Assembly (NCBI GenBank): GCA_964542745.1
Contig: CAZIVR010000001.1
Span: 43,041 to 107,040 of the forward strand
DNA: 64,000 bases
Direction of reading: 5' to 3'
Origin: an uncultured bacterium
GTDB taxonomy: Bacteria > Eisenbacteria > RBG-16-71-46
The notes under the pieces were generated by a model, which worked only from the letters and a program-made list of their open reading frames with translations, ran no database searches and had not been told where the DNA came from. Both the position numbers and the translations under genes were made by a program. Positions 9,370 through 19,165 of this stretch are shown here, in pieces. Each line of letters opens with the position of its first letter. Within the stretch, counting starts at the first letter, position 1.

Positions 9370-10818
9370 TTACGAGCGCGCGTGGGCTGATCGTGCTCCT
9401 GCGGGCGCCGCGGGGTCGCCCGGCGCCGGGTGCGAGCGGCCGAGCAGTTCGACGAGGTGCAGAAACTCGACTCGCGTCCCTCGGGCGGCGCCGCCGCGCT
9501 TCATGTGGAGCAGGCAGCCGGGGTTCGACGCCACCACCACGTCGGGCGCCACGCGCTCGATCGCCTCGAACTTGGGCTCGAGCTGGCGGTCCGCCATCTC
9601 GGGGTGCGTGAGGTTGTAGATCCCGGCGCTGCCGCAGCACCAGTCAGCGTTGGGCAGCTCGACGAACTCCACGCCGGGAAGCGAGCGCAGCAACCGGCGC
9701 GGCGCTTCGCGCACCTTCTGCGCGTGGGCCAGGTGGCAGGCGTCGTGGTAGGTGACGCGTACGGGGCGATCGGACGCCGCGCCTGCCGCGCGCGGCGGCC
9801 CGGGCGGCTCGGGCAGTCCCACCTCGGCCAGCACTTCCGAGACGTCGCGCACCTTTGCCGAGAAGGCGAGCGCTTCCGCCGCGAGCCCGTCGTGTTCGAG
9901 CAGGTGACCCGCCTCGCGCAACGCCGCCCCGCAGCCCGCCGAGTGCGAGACGATCGCGTCCACCGGGGCGTCGCCGGCGAAGGCCGTCACGTTGCGACTC
10001 GCCAGCCGTTTCGCATCGCCGCGCAGCCCCGCGTGCGCGTGGAGCGCGCCGCAGCAGGTCTGGGAGCGCGGCACGCGCACCTCGCAACCCGCGATCACCA
10101 GCAGCCGGACCGTCTCGCGGTGAATGTGCGGGAACAGCGGCTCCATCACGCACGAGGTATGGAACGCGACGCGCAGCTTCGCGGTCCCCGCGGGCCGGAA
10201 CACCAGCGCGTCCGCGCGGGTCTCGATCCGCGCCCCGGCCGGCAACTGTGCGGCGACCCGCTCGAGCGCGCGCTCGCGGCGCGGCGCGATGTCGGGTGTC
10301 ATCTCGAGGCCCTGCGCCGCGAAGCGCGGCAGCAGGCGACGCACCGCCGGGACGCGCATCAGCGCGCCGATCGGCCCGCGCTGGCCGAGCCGCAGCAGGT
10401 CGGCCGCGAAGTGGGTGCGCGCAGCATGCGGCAGCACCGATCGCAGCACCCACTCGCCGAGCATGCGCATCGGCGTGCCTCTCAGAACGCGGCGGTTGAT
10501 CTGGCCGCGCGTCTGTTCGAGCAGCCGGCTGTAGGGGACCCCCGCCGGGCACACCGTCTCGCAGGCGCGGCAGTCGAGGCAGTTATCGAGGTGCTCGACC
10601 AGCGGATCGCGCGGCTCGATGCGGCCCTCGGCGAGCCCGCGCATCAGGTAGAGCCGCCCGCGCGGCGAGTCGGGCTCGATCTTGAGCGTGCGGTAGGTCG
10701 GGCACGCCGTGAGGCACAGCCCGCAGTGGATGCAGGTCTGGAGGTCGGGAAGCGCCGGAGGATCGTCGGCGTCGAACCAACTGGAGAATTCTCGGTCAGG
10801 GATCGGGCCGACGACCAT
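9370..10818 (-). CDS. glcF: Glycolate oxidase iron-sulfur subunit
   Basis: Two 4Fe-4S motifs (CIHCGLCLTACP, CLDCRACETVCP) and two CCG domains (CCGALH, HDACH...WCCGSAG). Start at ATG 10818 inferred. Confidence 0.88.
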   Translation of the reverse strand: MVVGPIPDREFSSWFDADDPPALPDLQTCIHCGLCLTACPTYRTLKIEPDSPRGRLYLMRGLAEGRIEPRDPLVEHLDNCLDCRACETVCPAGVPYSRLLEQTRGQINRRVLRGTPMRMLGEWVLRSVLPHAARTHFAADLLRLGQRGPIGALMRVPAVRRLLPRFAAQGLEMTPDIAPRRERALERVAAQLPAGARIETRADALVFRPAGTAKLRVAFHTSCVMEPLFPHIHRETVRLLVIAGCEVRVPRSQTCCGALHAHAGLRGDAKRLASRNVTAFAGDAPVDAIVSHSAGCGAALREAGHLLEHDGLAAEALAFSAKVRDVSEVLAEVGLPEPPGPPRAAGAASDRPVRVTYHDACHLAHAQKVREAPRRLLRSLPGVEFVELPNADWCCGSAGIYNLTHPEMADRQLEPKFEAIERVAPDVVVASNPGCLLHMKRGGAARGTRVEFLHLVELLGRSHPAPGDPAAPAGARSAHARS

Positions 10819-10945
10819 GAGCGAACCATACCATCGCCTCAGCCCGTGAACCGACGGGAGGGGCGACGGCAGGTGCCCGGCTCCGCTGCGATCGCTCAGT
10901 AGCCTCGCGGGTCTTGGGACGCTCAAGTGCGTCTAGATTGTCGTT

Positions 10946-13900
10946 TCACGGCAACCTCGTGACTCTTCGCTCCGCAACGAATCCTCCTGCCGTGATGCGG
11001 CACAGATAGACGCCCGCGCCGGCACGTCCACCTGCATCGAGCCTTCCGTCCCACATCGCCGAGTGACGCCCGGCCGGCAACTGCCGGTCGAGTAGCTCGG
11101 CCACGCGGCGGCCCTGTACATCGAAGATCTCGATCCGCACGCGGCTCGCCCGCGGCAGGTCGAAGCCGATCGTGGCCGAACTCGCGAACGGGTTGGGCCG
11201 GACCGGATGGAGCGCGAACTCCATGGGCGCCGCCGCCACGTCCGACGCGGGCTCGCGCCCGGAGACGGGCCCGCGTGAGGGGCCGCGCGCCCCACTCGCG
11301 AGCGCCGCTCCCGGCACCCGCACCACGAACAGGCAGTCCTCGCCCTCGCCCGGCGAGGTTGCGGGGGCAAAGCCGATCGTGAGTGTGTCGCCGGCCACGA
11401 AGTCGGCGGCGGCCGAGCCATCGGCCGCGCCTGAGAGGTCCCCGAGCCGCGAGTGGTTCGCACCCGTGAGCGCGTAGCGCCTGGGTGCCAGCACCACCGA
11501 CTCGAGCGTCGCCCCGGCCGGGAACACCAGCCGCCCCATCCCCGGCAGCGCGCGCACCCCGGCGCGGCCCGGCAGGAGCGGAGTCGTCACGTCCGTCACC
11601 CAGCCTTCGGCCTCGCTAAAGCTCTCGGCCACCATCGCCCGTTCGGTCGCGGCGAGCCGCGCGGGATCCTCCGCGAAGTCCTCGATCGTGAGCTGCCAGC
11701 GCGGCTCCGCCTCGCCCGCGTGCCCGGCCACGAGCCGCGAGGTAGTGGCGGCACTCGCGAGCGCGTGGCGCTCGGCCAGTCCCCGGAGGGCCGTCGCGCC
11801 GCGCGCCGGGGCGGATGGATCGGGCACGCCGTCGCCTTCGCCCCGGGTCCGCTCCGCCGAAGCCCCGGCGCCGCTCCCTCCGCACGAGGTGAGCGTCCCG
11901 AACTCGGCGTAGGCGAGCGGCGACCAGTGCCCCGACGTGCTGCGGGTGCGGCCTGCCACGTATACCAGCGTGCCCGGTTCCAAGTCGGTGAGAGTCCCCG
12001 CCGTCTGCGAGGTCCCCCCGGTGGCCGGGTCCGGCACGCCGGGGATCAAGCTCGCCGCCGCGAAGTTGGACGCGGAGATCGGCGCCAGCGACCAGCGCAC
12101 CTCGTACTCCTGCGCCTTTCCCGAGCAGCCGGAGTCCCCGGGGGCCGCCCAGCGCAGTGGCCCGATCGTGCTGCACGTGATCAGGTCCGCGGTGAGGTCC
12201 AGCTCGTCGGGGGCCGGGGTCGTGGAGGAGTTCACCCGGACCCAGCGGGCGATGGAGGGCACGTCAGCGCTCTGCGAGGTGCCGAGCACGAACAGCAGGT
12301 AGTCCCCGGGTGGCGCAGCGTCCGGGCTATCCGGGGTCGTGAGATGGAGCCTTGCCGGGGATGACTTCTTCGCGAGGATGGTGAGGGGGATGAACCGTTG
12401 GTTCATGTCCATCGAATGGGTGGTCGCACCGGGACGCATCAGGCAGGCGCTCTGGATGCTGGCGGTGTTGTCCACGCACACCGTGAACGCCGTGCCCCAG
12501 GTGATCTCCGCCGGTGCGCCCTGGATCTGCGGCCGCGTGGTGATCGGGTTCCCGCCCGAGTCGAACAGGTACGGCGGGCAGAAGAGCTGCGCCAGGCGCT
12601 TGTCGGCGTCGGCCTGCGTGTCGCCGGGACCCTGATTCTCACCCCCGGCGCTCAGCACGCGCCCGTCGGGAAGCAGGATGGCGGTCGAGTGGTCACCCCG
12701 GATGGTTCCCTGTTCGGCCAGCCGGTCCGACCCCGTCATGCTGGTCCAGGTTCCGCCACCGCTGGTTCCGGGAGTCCAGATCTGCGGCCGCTTTACCGGC
12801 CCCGCGCTGACGTTGTCGAAGACGTTGTTGCCGCCCACGGCGAGCACCTTGCCGTTGGGAAGCAGGACGAGATTGTGGTGCGACCGTGGCGCCATGTCCT
12901 CGGAAGCGACCCACGCGCTGTCGAAGCTCGCCGTGTTGAAGGTGATGGTGCGACCGGTGATCGCGTTGCCGGCATCGCTCCCGCCGGCCAGCATGATCTT
13001 CCCCGGGAGGTACTGGACGCCAGTCTTGGGGCGGAACAGCAGGCGATTGTCGTGCAGCGTGTCCCATTGGGCCGCCTGCCCGGTGGCCGGGAAGTCGCTC
13101 CAGTAGGCGCGCATGTCGTCGGTATTGATGTTGATCACCCGGCTGCCGCCGCTGTCGGCGCCCGGCACCACGAAGAGGGGCGGGTAGGAGCCCTGGAACA
13201 TCCGAGCGTTCGAGTGGAGGGTCCACTGGTTCGTGGCGGGGTCGTAGACCTCGGGGCTGCGCGCGATCTCGGCGAAGGGATCGAGCGAGGCCGTGTGGCC
13301 CCTCAGGCTGAAGCCGAGGTCGGACCACTGCTTCCAGGAGTTGTCGCTGGCCCAGGGGTCCACGATGTAGCTCTTCGAGTCGGCCGGCACGACCGAGCCG
13401 CCGGAGGCTCTCTCGCCGCCATACACGTAGAGCCGCGACCCGCCCTGGTTCCGGTCGAGCACCGCGCTGTGCCGCGCGCGGGCTCCGGGGGAGGTGCCGC
13501 CACCGGAGAGCAGCTTCCAGCCGTACCTCCCGTCGCCGAAGAGCCACAGCGCCCACAGCTCGTCCGAGTAGCTCAGGTCCCCGAGCTTGCCGCCATAGAG
13601 CAGGGCGGCGTGGGCGTTCGAGTGGCTGGCGTCGAAGTTGCGCGGCTTGTTGTCGGCGCTGAGCGTGTGCCACAGGCGGGCGGCGGGCTGGCCGTCTCCG
13701 AGTTCCTCCCGCACCATCGTGTGCCAGGTCGGGTTCGCCGGGTCCGAGGGGTTGAAGCGCAACTCGTAGACGTTCTGGTCCGTCGGCGTGCCGTTATGGC
13801 TCGTGGCGCCGCCGAACACGATCATGCGCTTGCGCAGCGTGTCGCTCACCATGGTCTCGTCGTAGATCGCCGTGTGACCGTAGCGGGCTGCCGGGCCGCC

Positions 13901-14995
13901 GGTGGCGCCGATCGCGTTCCAGGTATAGGTCAGGAACGTCGGACTGAAGGCGATTCGGCGAGCGTGGCTCAGGAGGTTGCCGCCTTCATCGAGCCCTCCG
14001 AATACGACGAGGGTGAGGTTCGAGTCTTTGACCGCGATCGCCGAGTGATCGGTCCGGCGAGGCTGTACGCCGCCCCCGGGCTGGATCTTGACCCAGTTGT
14101 ACGTCTGGCCGGCCCCGAGCTGGTTGCGATCCTGCATCAGTCGCCACAGGTCGTTCGCGGGTCCGGTCGCGGTCGTTCCACCGAACACCGTGAGCCCGTT
14201 GAACCCGAGGATCCCGGTCATCTCGGTCGCCGTGTGTCCGCTGCGCGGCGCGGGGCGGCCGTCCGGTCCCGCCGTGGGCAGCACGGGAGTGTCCCACTCG
14301 CCGTCGGGAATGGGCTCGAACCGCTGCAACGAGTCCGCAACGGGGCTCGCGGGCGGCGAGCCATTGCGGTCGCCGAACAGCACGCGATGCCGGGGGTGCT
14401 GGTTGCCGCTCACCACCAGGCCCTTGCCGGATCGCAGCGTGGCGACCGACGCGTACCAACGCCAGTCGTTCATCAGGGACGGCACCGACCAGCTCCCGAT
14501 CCCGCTGGATCCCGAGCCCGAGTGGAACACGTGCGCCTTGTTCTCGCCGTATTGCTTGGTCACCGGATGGGTGCCGCTTGCGAACAGAACCGCGCCATTG
14601 TCGCCGATTGCGGCGTGCCCGCTGCAGAACAGGTCCATGCTGGCGGTCGGCGCGTCGAGCTGCGCGAAGTTAGCGTCCGGGAAGTCCGAACATCCGTCGT
14701 TGCCGGGTGTCCAGCCCCACTGGCCGCCCAGCATCACGTCGGGCCCAAGCAGCTGCTTGTGGAACCAGAGGACGCGGCTGTGGTGCGGGTTGCCGTCGCC
14801 CTTCAGCAGCAGGAGGTGCACGGCGTAGCGTTCGCTGTGGCCGCGGCTCCAGTCCCGGGTCGGAGACCACGCGCCAAGGTCGGCCGCGGCAAGGCCGACC
14901 ATGACGGCCAGCGAGGCGGCAATGCCGGCAAAGTAGGCGAGGGAGAGTGGGCGAACTCGGAACCCTGACAGGACAAGGCGAGACGGACGCGACAT
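10946..14995 (-). CDS. Secreted galactose/glyoxal oxidase (AA5)-like Kelch protein with DUF1929 domain, Fn3-like domain and FlgD-like CTD
   Basis: DLFCSGH, WRWYAS, RGDHSTAILLPDGRVLSAGG, RPGATTHSMDMNQR, APPGDYLLFV; internal extra Kelch repeats; C-terminal RPNP...DVQGRRV...WDG. Confidence 0.82.
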   Translation of the reverse strand: MSRPSRLVLSGFRVRPLSLAYFAGIAASLAVMVGLAAADLGAWSPTRDWSRGHSERYAVHLLLLKGDGNPHHSRVLWFHKQLLGPDVMLGGQWGWTPGNDGCSDFPDANFAQLDAPTASMDLFCSGHAAIGDNGAVLFASGTHPVTKQYGENKAHVFHSGSGSSGIGSWSVPSLMNDWRWYASVATLRSGKGLVVSGNQHPRHRVLFGDRNGSPPASPVADSLQRFEPIPDGEWDTPVLPTAGPDGRPAPRSGHTATEMTGILGFNGLTVFGGTTATGPANDLWRLMQDRNQLGAGQTYNWVKIQPGGGVQPRRTDHSAIAVKDSNLTLVVFGGLDEGGNLLSHARRIAFSPTFLTYTWNAIGATGGPAARYGHTAIYDETMVSDTLRKRMIVFGGATSHNGTPTDQNVYELRFNPSDPANPTWHTMVREELGDGQPAARLWHTLSADNKPRNFDASHSNAHAALLYGGKLGDLSYSDELWALWLFGDGRYGWKLLSGGGTSPGARARHSAVLDRNQGGSRLYVYGGERASGGSVVPADSKSYIVDPWASDNSWKQWSDLGFSLRGHTASLDPFAEIARSPEVYDPATNQWTLHSNARMFQGSYPPLFVVPGADSGGSRVININTDDMRAYWSDFPATGQAAQWDTLHDNRLLFRPKTGVQYLPGKIMLAGGSDAGNAITGRTITFNTASFDSAWVASEDMAPRSHHNLVLLPNGKVLAVGGNNVFDNVSAGPVKRPQIWTPGTSGGGTWTSMTGSDRLAEQGTIRGDHSTAILLPDGRVLSAGGENQGPGDTQADADKRLAQLFCPPYLFDSGGNPITTRPQIQGAPAEITWGTAFTVCVDNTASIQSACLMRPGATTHSMDMNQRFIPLTILAKKSSPARLHLTTPDSPDAAPPGDYLLFVLGTSQSADVPSIARWVRVNSSTTPAPDELDLTADLITCSTIGPLRWAAPGDSGCSGKAQEYEVRWSLAPISASNFAAASLIPGVPDPATGGTSQTAGTLTDLEPGTLVYVAGRTRSTSGHWSPLAYAEFGTLTSCGGSGAGASAERTRGEGDGVPDPSAPARGATALRGLAERHALASAATTSRLVAGHAGEAEPRWQLTIEDFAEDPARLAATERAMVAESFSEAEGWVTDVTTPLLPGRAGVRALPGMGRLVFPAGATLESVVLAPRRYALTGANHSRLGDLSGAADGSAAADFVAGDTLTIGFAPATSPGEGEDCLFVVRVPGAALASGARGPSRGPVSGREPASDVAAAPMEFALHPVRPNPFASSATIGFDLPRASRVRIEIFDVQGRRVAELLDRQLPAGRHSAMWDGRLDAGGRAGAGVYLCRITAGGFVAERRVTRLP

Positions 14996-15194
14996 GGCGG
15001 CCTCCGCTTGGCATGACGTGGTGGACGATCAAAGAACCACGCGGGCCGTCGCGAAAGTCGTACCGGGATGAGGAACCTCGGCGGCGACGCGGAATGAAGA
15101 AAGGCTGGATCCACCCCGGGCACTGTGTCAACGTCTTTATCGCTTCCGGCCCCTCTTGGGGTCGGGTGGACATTCACTGAAGGACACGTTCTCG

Positions 15195-17174
15195 ATGATG
15201 CCCCGGCTGACCCCATCACTGGCCCTGGGGACCCTCCTGGCCACGACTTCTGCTCCCACCTCCGCCCTGGCTCAGTGGCAGCCAGACGGCGTGGCGGTAA
15301 GTGGGGCCTCGGGCGGGATCAACCTGGTGATCGCGGACGGCGAAGGGGGTGGCTACTTCGGGTGGCGCAACGGCGCCAACGCCGGCGATGTCTGGATTCA
15401 GCGGCTGGACGCGTTCGGACTCCCGCCCTTTGGCTGGCAAGCGGGCGGAATCCCCTTGGCGCTTCTCCCGGAATCTCAAGATCTCGTCGAGATCACTCGT
15501 GACGGCACCGGCGGCCTGCTGGTGCTCTGGGAGCACAACATCAACGACGCGCCGACCAGTGCGGATCTCTTCGTCCAGCGCGTGCTTGGCGACGGCTCGA
15601 TCGCTCCCGGTTGGCCCGCGCCTGGCCTCCGGATACTCGCTCCCGGACAGCAGACTCTCTCGGGAATCGCCTCGGATGGCGCGGGCGGAGCGTACATCGT
15701 GTGGCAGGACGACCGTGCCTGGGCCACTCGGCGCTACGACGTGTACGCGCTCCATCTGCTTGCCGATGGCAGCATCGCGCCCGGCTGGCCCGCGGATGGG
15801 CTCCCGATCGCGGCACTTCCGGGACACAACGCCGGTCCGCTCATTGTCTCGGATGGAGTCGGCGGGGCGTTCATCCTCTGGGCCGACGATCGCAACAACC
15901 CGGGCGGCGTGGGGGATACTTACGGCGTGCGGATCAACGGCGACGGCACGCTGGCCCCGGGCTGGGTCGCGAACGGCAATCGGCTGACCGTGCTCCAGCC
16001 ACGCCGGGGTCTGGTGCCCGACGAATCGGGCGGGATCTACCTGTGGACCACCAATGCGGGCGCCACGCCGGGCTTCGACAACGAATACTTCCTCTACCGG
16101 TTCACGGCCGCGGGCGCGCCGTCACCGGGGTGGCCCGCGAACGGCGTGCTGCTGTGCAGCGTGCCGGGGGACCGGGCCGCCACCTCGATGGAGCCGGACG
16201 GACAGGGCGGGGTGCTGCTGGCCTGGTACGACTACCGGCCGCCCTACGACCAGAGTTGCGGGGAGATTTTCGCCCTGCGGGTGCTGCCGAGCGGAGCGCG
16301 GGCGCCGGGCTGGAGCGCGAACGGATCGCTGGTGAGCGATCCGACCAACTCGACCTGCGAATACACGCCGGGAATCACCCGGGACGAGATGGGCGGCGCG
16401 TACATCGTGTGGACCATGAACGGGCCCTCCCAGGTGCAGCACCTGACCGCGAGCGGCCTGCCCGCGCCGGGCTGGCCGCCCTTCGGGGTGAGACTGGCTT
16501 CGTCGGGGGCGCAGAACGATCCCCAGATCGCGGCCGATGGCGAGGGGGGTGCGATCGTGGCGTGGTCGGAGGCGTGTTGCGGGCGGCTGCGGGTGTGGGC
16601 GCAGAAATACGTGCCGACCGGGATCGTGGCGGCGAGCCTGTCGCTGGTGAGCTCGGTCGCCGAGCGCGGGCGGGTGAGCCTCGAGTGGTTCGCGGCGAAT
16701 GGCGCCGGGCTCGCGGCCACGGTGGAGCGCCGCGAGGGCGACGAGGCATGGCGTCCGCTCGCGAACCTCACCGCCGATGGCACCGGGCACCTGCGCTACG
16801 AGGATCGGGACGTGACGCCGGGGGCGCGGTACCGCTATCGCCTCGCCTACCGCGACGGAGGAGCGGCGATGCACAGCGCCGAGACGCTCGTGGAGACGCC
16901 GGCAGCACTGGAACTGGCGCTCGAAGGGTTCCGGCCCAACCCGGCGGTGGGGCCGCCGCTGGTGTCGTTCACGCTGGCGCGATCCGCCCACGGCACGCTC
17001 GAGCTCTACGACCTCGCCGGGCGGCGCATGGCATGGCGCGACCTCGACGGGCTGCCTGCTGGCAGGCACGTGGTGCGGTTCGAGAGCCACCCGTCGCTGG
17101 CGCCGGGAGCGTATGTCATACGGCTCACGCACGCTGGCCGGGTGACCGCGGCTCGAGGCGTCGTGGTCAGATGA
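15195..17174 (+). CDS. Secreted repeat beta-propeller protein with FlgD-like CTD
   Basis: GAAGGA RBS before ATG 15195; signal peptide; about seven repeats of DGxGGx(Y/F)xxW...PGWPxxG; C-terminus RPNP...DLAGRR...PGAYVIRL. Confidence 0.8.
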   Translation: MMPRLTPSLALGTLLATTSAPTSALAQWQPDGVAVSGASGGINLVIADGEGGGYFGWRNGANAGDVWIQRLDAFGLPPFGWQAGGIPLALLPESQDLVEITRDGTGGLLVLWEHNINDAPTSADLFVQRVLGDGSIAPGWPAPGLRILAPGQQTLSGIASDGAGGAYIVWQDDRAWATRRYDVYALHLLADGSIAPGWPADGLPIAALPGHNAGPLIVSDGVGGAFILWADDRNNPGGVGDTYGVRINGDGTLAPGWVANGNRLTVLQPRRGLVPDESGGIYLWTTNAGATPGFDNEYFLYRFTAAGAPSPGWPANGVLLCSVPGDRAATSMEPDGQGGVLLAWYDYRPPYDQSCGEIFALRVLPSGARAPGWSANGSLVSDPTNSTCEYTPGITRDEMGGAYIVWTMNGPSQVQHLTASGLPAPGWPPFGVRLASSGAQNDPQIAADGEGGAIVAWSEACCGRLRVWAQKYVPTGIVAASLSLVSSVAERGRVSLEWFAANGAGLAATVERREGDEAWRPLANLTADGTGHLRYEDRDVTPGARYRYRLAYRDGGAAMHSAETLVETPAALELALEGFRPNPAVGPPLVSFTLARSAHGTLELYDLAGRRMAWRDLDGLPAGRHVVRFESHPSLAPGAYVIRLTHAGRVTAARGVVVR

Positions 17175-17216
17175 GCCAGGTCTTCGCGCGCTCGATGCAG
17201 CGCCCGATCGCCCGCG

Positions 17217-18305
17217 CTAGAGACTGAGCACCAGCTTCCCGAACGCTTGCCGCGCTTCGAGCTTCTCGTGGGCGCGGCGGGCTTCGGCGAGCGGGAACAC
17301 CTGATCCACCACCGGCACGAGCCGCCCGTCGCGCACGAAGCGCAGCACCTCGACCAGTTCCGAGCGGCGGCCCATCCAAGAGCCCATCAGGGTGAGGTGG
17401 CGGCCGAACAGCGGGTTGATGCCGAGCGACACGGCGCTGCCGATGGTGGCGCCGCAGGTCACGAGCCGGCCGTTCTTCGCAAGGGAGGCCGCGGCCTGCT
17501 CGAACACGTAGCCGCCGACGTGCTCGAAGGCCACCTCGACGCCCTTCCTGCCCGTGAGCGCGCGCACCTGCTTCGCGAAATCCTGATCGGCATGGCTCAC
17601 CACGTCGTGCGCGCCGAGGGCGCGAGCGCGCTCGAGCTTGGCGTCGCTGCCGGCGGTGGCGATGACGCGCGCGCCGATCAGGCGTGCGATCTGGATGGCG
17701 GCGCTGCCCACGCCGCTGCCGCCGCCGATCACGAGCACGTCCTCGCCCGCCTGGAGCTTCGCGCGCCCGACCAGCATGTGCCAGGCCGTGAGGAACACCA
17801 GCGGCACGGCGGCGGCCTGCTCCCAGCTCAGGTTTTCGGGGTACGGCAGGCAGTTGGCGGCCGGCACGGCGACGAGTTCCGCGTAGCCGCCATTGCGCCG
17901 CCGGCCGAGCACGTCGTAGTCGCGGCAAAGATTGTCGTCGCCGGCCACGCACGCGGGGCAGGAGCCGCACGAGAGCGTGGGCAGCACCAGCACGCGGTCG
18001 CCGGGTTTCACGTTCCGTGCGGCAGGCCCGGCTTCGCGCACCACGCCCACCACGTCGTTGCCGAGCACGTGCGGCATCTCGATCTCGAGCCCCGGCAGCC
18101 CGCGCCGCACCCACAGGTCGAGGTGGTTGATCCCGCAGGCCCTCACTTCGACGAGCACGTCGCCTGCCGCGAGGGCGGGCTCGGGAAGCTCGCGCGGCTC
18201 CAGCACCTCGGGACCGCCATGGCGGTCGAACACCACGGCCTTCATCCGGCGCGCGGGCTCCGATTCGTACACCCAGCGGCGCTCGGGCTCGCTCCGCTCA
18301 CTCAT
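17217..18305 (-). CDS. Zinc-binding MDR-family dehydrogenase/quinone oxidoreductase
   Basis: CGINHLD, PHVLGND, structural-Zn cluster CGSCPACVAGDDNLC, GGGSGVG NAD(P) site. Alternative start at ATG 18245. Confidence 0.9.
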   Translation of the reverse strand: MSERSEPERRWVYESEPARRMKAVVFDRHGGPEVLEPRELPEPALAAGDVLVEVRACGINHLDLWVRRGLPGLEIEMPHVLGNDVVGVVREAGPAARNVKPGDRVLVLPTLSCGSCPACVAGDDNLCRDYDVLGRRRNGGYAELVAVPAANCLPYPENLSWEQAAAVPLVFLTAWHMLVGRAKLQAGEDVLVIGGGSGVGSAAIQIARLIGARVIATAGSDAKLERARALGAHDVVSHADQDFAKQVRALTGRKGVEVAFEHVGGYVFEQAAASLAKNGRLVTCGATIGSAVSLGINPLFGRHLTLMGSWMGRRSELVEVLRFVRDGRLVPVVDQVFPLAEARRAHEKLEARQAFGKLVLSL

Positions 18306-19149
18306 CGAACGACACCGTGGGCTCCTCGTAGAAGCGCACCTTGCGCGCGGCGAGCTTCGCGGCCACCCACTCGGCGAGCCAGCGGTTCTTCCCGGCGAGC
18401 GGCTCGTCGGAGGCGAGCCGCTCGATCGGCACGTCGAGCCTGAGCGCCCGCCAGCGGATCAGGTGGCGGGTGATCCCGGCCGGGAGCCGCGCGCCGGTGG
18501 TGGCCAGCTCCACGACCTCGGCCGGTTCGAAGTGCGGGTAGACGACCAGCGCGGTGGTGCCGGGGTGGCGGTCGCTGGCGTCGGCGAACTCGTCGCTCGG
18601 CACGCGCACGTAGCGCTGGCGCTCGCGGTAGAGGTCCACCACCCGGTTGAGGAGCGCGTTGCGCTCGCCGATATCGGCGCCGCCGTGAAGCGTGTCGGTC
18701 GAGCCGTCGGCGTAGGCCACGAACGCGAGCGCCTCGCGGCGCGCGAGCAGCGCGCGCGCGTGCAGCAGCGGCTCTTCGCGAACCGTGAGTCCGGCGATGC
18801 CGCGCAGGCCGGCTTCGAGCTCGGCGCGCGGCATCTCGCCCAGGGCGTGGCTCCACGTGGAGAGCTTGACCGCGGGCTCGGCGTAGTCCACGACCTGCAC
18901 CACGAGGTGCGGGAACTTCGCCTCGCGCGCCGCGGTCACGCGGTTCGCGCCATCGAGAACGATGAAGCGCCCGTCGCCGCCCGGAAGCGCCGCCACGATC
19001 GGCGGGTTCTTGAGGTGGGCCTCACTGCGCAGCCGCTCGGCGAGCGGCGCGAGGCGTTTGGCGTCGTGGCGCTCGTGCGGCACCAGCGCCTCGACCGCGA
19101 CGAAGCGCAGGTCGGGCAGGCGATGATCGGAAACCGGCAGCCGGGTCAT
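18298..19149 (-). CDS. ParB/Srx-fold protein resembling SbnI/SerK free L-serine kinases
   Basis: LVPHE...LKNPPIV...FIVLDGANRV...KLSTWSH and C-terminal LPAGITRH...RALRLDVPI...RFYEEP parallel the SbnI layout as I recall it (LHE..., HPILV, MVIDGVHR, STW, PAGVTRF, RCLNLQVP, RCYTE). Confidence 0.72.
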   Translation of the reverse strand: MTRLPVSDHRLPDLRFVAVEALVPHERHDAKRLAPLAERLRSEAHLKNPPIVAALPGGDGRFIVLDGANRVTAAREAKFPHLVVQVVDYAEPAVKLSTWSHALGEMPRAELEAGLRGIAGLTVREEPLLHARALLARREALAFVAYADGSTDTLHGGADIGERNALLNRVVDLYRERQRYVRVPSDEFADASDRHPGTTALVVYPHFEPAEVVELATTGARLPAGITRHLIRWRALRLDVPIERLASDEPLAGKNRWLAEWVAAKLAARKVRFYEEPTVSFDE

Positions 19150-19165
19150 GGCGCCGGAATCTACC

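Noticed and set aside
7397-9640. 747-aa ORF
   Set aside because: Only the last 173 aa (DUF3052-like) are real; the rest is a shadow frame of ycaQ.
18298-19149. Chromosome-partitioning ParB
   Set aside because: No HTH/spreading domain, no parA or parS nearby, and the C-terminus follows the SbnI pattern instead.
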